A stretch of 64,000 nt of DNA from Fimicolochytrium jonesii (taxonomy: Eukaryota): positions 620,001 to 684,000 of the forward strand of contig NW_026515669.1 of NCBI RefSeq assembly GCF_025526975.1, read 5' to 3'. A program made the position numbers and the translations under genes. The notes beneath the pieces were generated by a model, which was not told the origin of the DNA, made no database searches, and worked only from the letters and a program-made list of their open reading frames with translations. This document shows, piece by piece, positions 12,645 to 21,831 of this stretch; position 1 is the stretch's first letter, and each line of letters begins with the position of its first letter.

Positions 12645-15104
12645 CTATGCTGTCGCTGTGCGAACTGGAGAGGTTTGGTCCATCGGACTTGTCGGACTTG
12701 CACCTTGAGCTTCCGATGAAAAGGCGCCCACTTCAATCTCCATGTCGCCTCTATTGGGTGAGAGCCACTTTTCCAGCAATCGACCCATGAGGGTAATATC
12801 GATGGGTTTGCTGATATAATCGTCCATTCCGCAGGCGAGACATTTGTCCCGATCGCCAAGCAGCGCGTTCGCCGTGAGCGCTACGATAGGCGTTTTCTTT
12901 GTTGCTTCTGACAGTTTCAACAAGGCCGCTGCCTCGTACCCATCCAAAACAGGCATGTGAATATCCATGAAGACCTTATATAGAAGCACATGCACAATTA
13001 GGAATATGAACGGGACAAAACTCAGCGCAAATTTCCGGAGTACGTACGATATCAAAGGGTTTGCCTTCCTTGGCTGCAGCTACAGCCACGTCGACGGCTT
13101 TACGTCCGTTGGAAGCAATGACGACATTCTCGTACCCGATGTGCTTGAGGATCTTACGGACGATGCGTTGATTGATATCATTGTCCTCAGCCACAAGGAT
13201 CCGTTTGGTTGTCAGAATGGAGGCTACGCCGTTCTGCAAGCTACCATCCGTGTTCTTGCCGTTGACTCCATTTGACCCTCCCATCAGTGAGCTTGTGCCT
13301 TTGTCGGCATTTGGCGCTCGCGATGCGGGGAAAGGCAGTTCTAAGAAGAAAGTCGAGCCTTCTCCGAGAGTGCTCTTGACGGTGAGGCTTCCACCCATCA
13401 AAATCGTAAGTTGTCGACTGATGGACAGGCCTAACCCCGTCCCCTGATATCGCTTCTTCGAGCTGAGATCCGCCTGCGAGAACGGCATGAAGAGCTTGCC
13501 GATGGTCTCCTCACTCATCCCTATGTGCCAAGAAGATTGTCAGCAAGATAAATCTCCAGACTTACAGAAATCAAATGGCAAAAGGTAGTACATGGATAGT
13601 GATACTAACCTATCCCAGTATCCTTCACGGTCACTGATATCTTTCCTGAATGCATTTTGGATTCGGCGACGGGGCTGCTAGGCTCCTGATTTTGTATGGG
13701 ATCATACTCGATGTAAACGGTGATCGCTCCCTTTTCCGTAAACTTGATAAATATACAGTGTCAGTCAAAATTCTCAGTCCGGATGCATCAATTTGCATGT
13801 GCACAGTACCTTAAACGCATTGTCAATCAAGTTCACGACGATTTGACGGAAACGGACGGAATCGCCGAGAATGTACTTTGGAACCCCCATCCCCACCTCT
13901 AGATACATGTATGTATCTTTCGGCATGCGCAATTCATATCCTCGTACAATCTCCTCGATTGTCGGGATGGGCGAGAAGACCACCGGTAAGATCTGGATGC
14001 GTTGCGCCTCTATCTTTGAATAATCTAGAATATCATTGATGACCCGCAGCAGTGTGGTCCCAGATTCTGTCATCAAGGACAAAAGGTTCCGTTGCTCATC
14101 GTTTAGCGGTGTTTCGGCTAGTAGCGCGGCAGCTGCTAGAGATCCGTTCATCGGTGTCCGGATTTCGTGGCTCATGTTTGCAAGAAGATCGGACTTCAGT
14201 TTCGCAGACTCTTCATAGACAGCGACGAGCCGCTGCTCCGACATTTTTCTTTCTGTCAGGTCGCGCGTCACCTTCGCATACCTGGAACGAAAATGCTGCT
14301 ATTAGACATCCTGGCATTTACCACCGAGCATGACTCCCTGCGACTGAAGGCGTCTCCAGAAAGCACGTACCCTATCAACACGCCGTCATCGTTGTGGACG
14401 GCCGTAATCAAGACACTGGCCCAAAAGCGAGAACCATCCTTTCTGACTCGCCAATATTCGTCTTCGGCGGTTCCTTCCGTTCGCGCTTTGTAAAGCTCAT
14501 GATCTGGTTTCCCGCTAGCGATGTCTTCGGGTGTGTAAAATAGGCTGAAGTGCTTGCCCACTACTTCGTCCTCGCTGTACAGCTTCAAACGTCGAGCTCC
14601 CGGGTTCCAAGTCATAACATGGCCGCTGGAGTCGAGCATGAAAATAGCGTAGTCACGAATGCTGTTGACGAGCAACTGAAGAAGCTCGGCGGACTTGAAT
14701 CTCTCGTCGAAACTCTTACTGTGAATCCTCCTCGTCTTGCTTTCGGACAGGTGATACATGATGGCTGGTTGATTGCCCCAAGTGGTGGGTCGAGCTTCGG
14801 TCGTCCAAGTCGACTCCCAAATATGCCCGTTAAGCGGGTCTTCCGAGCGACCTGTATGCGCAGAGCCTTCTTTCAGGCCGGTGGCGAGGGCTCTGTCCAA
14901 AATCCTCCTGAGATTGCGGGCGTTCTCTTCCTCTTTCAAGCGGCCGTGCTGGAACAAGCTTGTGCCGATTAGCTCCTCTCTAGTACTCGTAACTCCTTCC
15001 AAAGAGAGAACCGTCAAGAAGCCCTCTGTGGCTGCCAGAATTCGGTACTCGCTGTCCAACACGACGTACGCCGAGGGTAACTGGGCGAAGATGTGGTGTT
15101 CCAT
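12645..15104 (-). CDS. Hybrid sensor histidine kinase (PAS-PAS-HisKA-HATPase-REC), TcsA/Fos-1-like; multi-exon
   Basis: [26 protein letters not shown]-box [15 protein letters not shown]-box [14 protein letters not shown]-boxes DTGIG and GTGLGLSI, receiver [30 protein letters not shown]. Confidence 0.92.
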
Positions 15105-15712
15105 TGCAACGTTGGCGAGAAAGGGATGAAGGCTCGAATGTGAGCTTAGACCCGCCGGAGGGGAGGTTGGTGTTCTCTGAATAATAGAAGGGGAAATATC
15201 TCCCGTTTACCACGGACGGGCAAGGGCTGAAAGGGTTTGGCGAGCGCTGTGCCTCGAGCACCCCCACGCCAAAACAATACCCGTACGTGAAAGGGGAGTT
15301 GCGCGTAGGGAAAAAGGGCGGGCAACGACTGTTCTGCGGGGTCTGGGCCGTTATACCGGGAAACAACTTTGCAGGCACAGCCGTCTCTAACGTTATCGAA
15401 AGTAGGTCGCAGCAGAAGCCCGCCGGCGTCAAGCTCTGTGAGGGAGGGGATGGATAAGAAAAAACTCCGCCCTCACAATCCGAAGACAAGGGGTTTCTCT
15501 CCTTCCTTGCACAAGTCCGACGTTAGATACCGTAAATGGCTGTCTGCTGACTTTTTCTGATGTCCGCCCCTGTGAAAGAGGACGGGGATGAATGGCCCTA
15601 AGATATCCGCAGCGGAGTGACGGAGGGGACACATTGGAAATCGACGCAATCCGGGTCTACGGCTCAATGCAACAGTGGTATCACTGCATGACATATGGGT
15701 ATGACGAGATGA

Positions 15713-16491
15713 TTGCCAGAATCCAGCATCCAGGAAGTCCGGCATCGCGGTAACTCGCACCATTTCAACATATGTTTTGGTGGTATTTTGACAGGTGTGC
15801 GATGCATGTCTCGCTATTCACGGCGGGATTTGTCGGGCGATTGACCCTAGAAATGTTTGTCGTCGGCTCGGGTTTGTCGTCGTGCCGAGGCACTTTCCTT
15901 TGTTCTGATCGGAGTTGCTCTCGAACTTAGGTTGCAATCACATGACGTGCGTCGTTTGTGCATTTCATTGGTGCTACAAGTGTGGTTCTGAATGGGATAA
16001 AGTAAAGAAGAAATGCACCAGCAATCCACCTTGTGCCCTCTGGGACGAAGCCAACCTTCTCTTACGACGTGAACGTCCGCGTCGAGCGGTTGTGCCTGCT
16101 GCTGGTCAAGTACGTCAGAATGCTCGCCAACCGCCTCTGCCCGCAGCAAGGGATGTTGCCGTTCACGCATGTCAAAATGTTTTCCTACAACCTCGGGCCC
16201 CTGGAGAGCAAAGAACTGCGATAGCAGTCAATTGGAGAGATCGGCAAGAATTTACCGGTGTTAAAGAATGGATGCGCCCAGTCAATCCGGTGTTTCTACT
16301 GCAATGGCGGCGACTTCCAGACCTTGAGAGCTCTGAATGCACACCTGATAGACACTCGAGATCATCATGTCTACGGCTGTTGTGGGCTACCGGTCCGCCG
16401 GATCGAGGATTGGCAAGCACACAGACGAGGGATGCACGGGATTGCCGACCAGGAGCGGGACAGATATGCATACTTCTATTTTGGAAAATAG
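15713..16491 (+). pseudogene. Fragmentary RBR-type (IBR/Rcat) E3 ubiquitin ligase relic
   Basis: GCNHMTCVVCAFHWCYKCG (Rcat/RING2 signature), upstream VCDACLAIHGGIC (IBR-like end) and a downstream Cys/His segment in another frame. No RING1 or CPxC segment was found. Confidence 0.5.
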
Positions 16492-16767
16492 TGGACTATA
16501 CTTCATTTTGTTGCATATGTCGTGTGAAAATGTGAGCAAGCTATATATACAGCAGCCTTGTGGGCTGTTGACTACCACAAGGCTGCTGTTGACTAGCCAG
16601 CGGCACTTTCGATTCAACTTCGATTTCGCTCACGCCCAGAGCAGCATGGAAACTTTGTTCGGGCATATGGGATGTAGTGGGCAATACGTCGACAGCGTTT
16701 CCCGGTACCCTCATTGTGCAGGTTTCGACGCATCTATCTTCTCTCCTCCTCGCTCAGATCTACTGTA

Positions 16768-16891
16768 CAGTATGTGAACATAAAGCTGGATACACGCGTC
16801 CGAGCTTGGCCAGCCCCTTGCCCCAGCCGCCGCAGTTGCGCACGGACACTGACTCAATCACTGGTGTATCTAGGTTTATGTTCACATACTG
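16768..16891. mobile_element. MITE, Tc1/mariner-type, 124 bp
   Basis: 28-bp TIRs CAGTATGTGAACATAAAGCTGGATACAC (16768-16795) and its near-perfect reverse complement (16864-16891, 2 mismatches), flanked by TA on both sides. Confidence 0.85.
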
Positions 16892-17228
16892 TACATACAT
16901 GTGTGAAATGACAGTCGAGCTGCGTGTCAGCGACGCGCCAACAAAATTCGACAACACGCCGCAAAGGTCGAAGAAAAAGCGGTTTAGCGGCCAAGGGACT
17001 TTGCTATCCTCGCCTGCCGAACAGGGCCGCTGCAGAAATCCTCACCTGCATGCTTAAAGACATTGCAGAAGACTGGGCTTAATCTTTCTATCGTGCGGAT
17101 CTATTATGTTCATCAATCAAAATATACATGAGATGGCTCTTCTATGGACTACATATAAAGGGGCGAATTCAGTGCCCTAAAGCTACAGATATCCAAATAC
17201 AGACTCTGAGTCTCTAGATCGGTTGAGT

Positions 17229-17987
17229 CTAAGCCAAGATGAAGGAAGCGACGCCAGCAGCGATTCCGACGGCGGCGGAGCCAGCAAGGTGGGATCCAGA
17301 GCTGGGGGTGGTCGAGCCTCCTGTGGCAGCGACACCGACACCGAGGGATCCAGCTGGGCAACTGGCCAACGTCTTTTGCGCGTCAGCGAGTGTGGGGTCG
17401 ACAGTGGCCTTGGCGTAAGTGGGAAGGGAAGACGTGTCCTTCAGGGCATCGTATTCCTTGGCGGCGCAGGGAGTGCACATCTGCTTTGAGTCTTTGGCCT
17501 GCACGGCGGCGAGAAGGGCGATGGCGCAGTAGGTGTTGTTGTCCTTCACGCAAAAACCCTTGCGGGCGTAGGTGATGATGGCGGGAAGATCACCAGCCTG
17601 GAGGTTTTTGAAGCTAGAAGCGCCATCAGCGACCGAGGTAGGGTTCAACAGAGGGGTAGTGCCGCAGGCTGCGGTGACGGTGGATCCAAAGGTGGTGATG
17701 GCAGAGTTGCACTTGTCACTGCACATCAGGTCGAGGTCGGCCTGGTTGATGAGCTTGGACGCAAGGGCGTATGACTGGGCTTCGGTCGTTGGTGTTCGGG
17801 AGCCGCCCGCCGCGATGACAGCGGTGATTAAGTTCTGGAGACCACATGAGCTGATAAAGTCACCGCCGGAGAGCTGTTGGAGGAGCGTAGTCTCGCAAGT
17901 TGGGGGAAGAGCCGGGTTTAAGGGGGAGCCGGATTGCGCGCTGGCAACGGCAGCCGTGGCGATAAGGCTGATGGCGGTGAGCTTCAT
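17229..17987 (-). CDS. Secreted Cys-rich, probably GPI-anchored surface protein; intronless
   Basis: Signal peptide MKLTAISLIATAAVASAQ, about 10 spaced Cys residues, S/T/G linker and hydrophobic C-terminal tail (GSAAVGIAAGVASFILA*). TATAAAA at 18073-18079. Confidence 0.8.
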   Translation of the reverse strand: MKLTAISLIATAAVASAQSGSPLNPALPPTCETTLLQQLSGGDFISSCGLQNLITAVIAAGGSRTPTTEAQSYALASKLINQADLDLMCSDKCNSAITTFGSTVTAACGTTPLLNPTSVADGASSFKNLQAGDLPAIITYARKGFCVKDNNTYCAIALLAAVQAKDSKQMCTPCAAKEYDALKDTSSLPTYAKATVDPTLADAQKTLASCPAGSLGVGVAATGGSTTPSSGSHLAGSAAVGIAAGVASFILA

Positions 17988-18072
17988 GGTTGCGAAGGTT
18001 CGAGTGGGCGAGAAGGTGGGTATGTGTGCGATGTGTGGGGTCTGGAGAGCGGGGGCCGACAACTAGCATCCC

Positions 18073-18079
18073 TTTTATA
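18073..18079 (-). promoter_or_regulatory. TATA box for the 17987 gene
   Basis: TATAAAAGG on the minus strand about 90 bp upstream of the ATG. Confidence 0.55.
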
Positions 18080-18858
18080 CTCCTTTCGGCACATTCAAGC
18101 CCGGTCCACACGGTTCCACGGTCGTCGAGCCAAAGCGGCTCAAACCATAATACTGTAACATGAGAAGGTACATATGTATGTACATACTGTAACTCCACAA
18201 CGCACTTAAAATTTCACGGTAAAGTACAGTATGTATGTACTGTTACGTATACAACATGCGCCGGCGGCTTCATCTGTGCTCTGCCACCGTTGGTAGTGAG
18301 TGCACCGCATGCTCCTCACGAAATCCCCCGACGAGGCGACGAGGATCGGAAAAGCCTCTACACGTTGTGAGGCTGCTCGAGGAGGCTGCTCGATGAGGCT
18401 GCAAATGGCCAATGTGGTTGCTCTTCTATACTGTACTGCATGTGCATACTTGTCTACGTACAGCGACCGACGGCCTTTTTCGAGCCGTAAATTGATTGGA
18501 AGGACAACGAGCCTCCGATACGGTTGTACTGACTCAAATGTACTGTACAGTAACATGCACTGCTGTTACATCCATACCGTTACATTACCTTTGGTGTGTC
18601 ATGGTATGCCGCTTCGAAGTGAAAGCCCCTCGAGTGCAGTAGCTGTACTGTAGTATCATCACGTGCCTGGAATCTCCGTATGACACAGCGGTAGGAAACA
18701 GTGAGCAACATTCCATAACACCCCGCACGGACTGCCACTTTTTTCCCACACGCACATCCCGCTTGCTTTCGCATGCCCACCACAAGTTCCGCCTTCAACC
18801 ACACCCGGAAATAGGGCTTCTCGCGTCTAACTCCCGTTCCCGAGGCTCAATATTCACA

Positions 18859-18876
18859 TATATATATATATATATA
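18859..18876. repeat. (TA)n microsatellite
   Basis: Run of about 9 TA units. Confidence 0.85.
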
Positions 18877-19044
18877 TGTATAGCGGTTAACCCGCTCCAA
18901 GAAAGACAAAGACTGAGGGAGAAGGTTTCTGGGGTTTTTAAATACAATAGGAACGCTTGATGGGACCCCACACTAGCTTTGAAAGAAAACTACTTTATAT
19001 ACAATAAGGACGGGAAGAAAGACGGTTCTGTTTTGCTTTTCATC

Positions 19045-21032
19045 TTATACGCCGTCGTTGTCCTCGTGGCATTCGGTGCATAGTCGGACGTTGCTTTCCG
19101 TGCGCGAACATTTCCAGCATATTACTCGGCCGCATTGCCTGGTTGTGTGAATGGGTGGGATTGAAGTTAGTTTAGTGGCCAGATAAGCTCGCTCGAGATG
19201 CAGTGCGTCTTACCTGCAATGATGCTTTCGCGTGAGCAGCGAGAACTTGGTGTTTTGGCATATCATGCACACAGTAGCCTGTTGCGTGGGATCATAATGG
19301 GTCAGAAATTGTGCCTCCAACCATAACGAAATCCATCTTATCAACCCCTCCTCACCTCCTCATCCGGAATCCACCCCCCACCATCGCCCTCGTCCTCAGC
19401 CGCCACGCTCGCCTTCCGCGGCACAACGGTCCCCCGTCTATTCCCCGGCGAAATAGCCAAATCAATCCCCTGCCACAACCTCCGAAACCCCCACTCCGTC
19501 AAGGAGTTCCCTCCGCCATGCGACGACGCCGTCGAAGATCTCCGTTTCCGCTGTGCGACCACATACGCCCGTCTAGACCGCGCGGCGCTGCGGACGGCGG
19601 CCACCCAGCTGTCGCGCTGGTCTGGGGATGCGAAAGCGACTTGGAGGTATTGCGTGGAGGTTTCGATGTCGACTAGGGGGCCGGCTTGGTCGTCGACGGG
19701 GGAGATTTGGATGTCGGTGAGGGGCATGACGGTTTGGCGGGAGTAGGCGTCTTTGAGGCTGTGCGTTTTGGCGCCTTTGATGGGTGTTCCGTATATTAGC
19801 ATATCGCTAAGGAGGAAAATCTGATGGAAATAAAGAAGACGTCAGAGTGTGCTATGTAAGATACACTGAGGGGATCCCTTGTGTGTGCAACAATGACACC
19901 GATAGCCGGGCACCACAAAACTTACCCGTCGTGGCTCTTTCCGTGATTCGATAGAGCTGAGGGTGACTTTGTAGACGACGTCGTCTCGAAGAAGCGTCCT
20001 GTTTTCCCGCTTACCAGTTAATTCCTAGACGAAAGGGAGATCAAAAGTCAGCAACCTGCGGAGACCAAGTATCGCCCCCGCGACATCAGAAGGACTATCC
20101 CAACTGACCTTTCCAAGAAAGAAAAACTCAATCTCGGCCAGTTTATGCATATTCTCAAAGCTCTGAGCAGTCTCCGCAGCCCTCCGCCGTGATTGTTGTG
20201 TCGCCAATGCTTCCGCCTGTTCCTCCTGGTATTTCGACCGCAAATCCTGCAATGACGCCATGGAAGCCAACGAAGGACGTGTCTTTGGCTGCCGCCGTTT
20301 CAACGCAGGTGTTTTGTTGGCGCCCGGTAGCCCAATGGACCCGAAGCGTGCCGAGAATGACTGCTCCAACGCTGCCAGTTCCTCATCGTTTGCGCCATTG
20401 GCACTGGAGCTGGATATCATGGATGCCGTCGTACTCCGGCGTACTTTCGGTGCGGAATAGCTGTGTTTTGTGTTTGGCGGAGGCTCTTGGGCAGGAGGGC
20501 GGACCCGACGGTCTAAGGAGGCTGAAGAGGAAGATGACGATGCCGGTTGTGCGGCAGGGTGAGAATATCGATTTGTCGTCACTGATAGAGGTTTGCCACT
20601 TCTGGGTTTATGATTCAGATCCGACGGAGGGTCGAACGCCCCAAACGCCTGCAGAGCAGCATCGACATCCGGGTCACCCGTAAGCGCTGGATACCCATTA
20701 CCGCTCCCTTCAGCAGCCGCCGCCGCAGCCGCCGCAGCTACGACAGACTGCCCCGACCTTGACGACGAGTTGCCGCCTACACGAAACACTCTCGGCTTCG
20801 CGGACTTCCGCTTCTCGTGCAAAATGTCATGCTGGGGCACAGGGTTGGAAATCTGGAACCGCTGCAAGGACGCTGCAGCTGCTGCCCCAACAGGTCGAGT
20901 ATCCCGTCGCTTCCCAAACGCCTGATATAGAAAGTCGTACGACGAGGGAGCGGGGGTTGCGCCCTGGCCATTTGTTGGTGCTGCTGGCGCCGTGCCTGCC
21001 TTCGACGACCGTTTCCCGTCGGAAGCGACCAT
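19045..21032 (-). CDS. PH + FYVE domain protein with a long disordered N-terminus; multi-exon
   Basis: PH-like IFLLSDMLIYG...QVAFASPDQRDSWVAAVRSA. After splicing, the FYVE domain reads WIPDEE|ATVCMICQNTKFSLLTRKHHCR|QCGRVICWKCS...VRLCTECH, with stop TAA at 19047-19045. Confidence 0.82.
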
Positions 21033-21831
21033 GGTCGCGACCTACACTCTTCTTGCCTCCAGACCTCGGCGGACAAGGGTATCGAGGGGGTGCGTGACCC
21101 TCTGTTTAGCGCAGCGTTATGAGAAGCTCGCCAACGTGGTATTCGAACTGTCAGCGAGCGCGAAATGCGGGTCACAATCGTTCAACCGTCAAGCCGTAGT
21201 TCGCTGGTAGGAAGGTTTCTTTTGGCACCGCGGCAGACTCCAAATCCGAGTGCTTCTCCTTAGCGAGTCCTGCTGTATACAGTGTGATTAACAAGTCTCT
21301 TTATCCGCTCTCTCTGCAGCTCTGCCCCCTGCCTTCCTGCGTGTGAATTTTGCAGCTCGCCCTTCTCGAAGTCTGCGCAATATCGGCGGTCACTCGACTC
21401 GCTCAATTTCAAGCGGGCGAATCGCGCGAACGCACCGTGGTTTGGAAGCCGTTACGGACGTGCGTAACACGTGCGTAACATGTGGGCGAACACAATCCAT
21501 TCGAACCCGATTGTCCTTATGATGGGTTCTTACGTACGCGCGATCCTGAAACTTCCGCCACCTTGCTTTCTCACGATCAACAGAAGAGCGTTCCGACGAT
21601 TATACTATCTTTGGCCACATGCGGACGGCAAACCCACTGCGGTCACTCGACGCTTTTTCAACAGAGCAGGTCTTTTTCGCCGGGTTCGAAAACGCTCAAG
21701 GATTATAGATCAAGGTCGTCCATACCCCTCGCCGCCGGCGGGCCAACGAAAGTCCAACGACAAAAACCACCATCGCCATGGGAGTCTGTGAAAATTGGCG
21801 TAATGACCGCCGACGACGAAGCACGACAACG

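Noticed and set aside
12518..12859. Alternative C-terminal ORF for the histidine kinase
   Set aside because: The receiver domain frame ends at 12645; this ORF is in a different frame.
21458..21479. 11-bp tandem duplication ACGTGCGTAAC in the divergent promoter
   Set aside because: Only two copies; compatible with slippage and there is no evidence of function.
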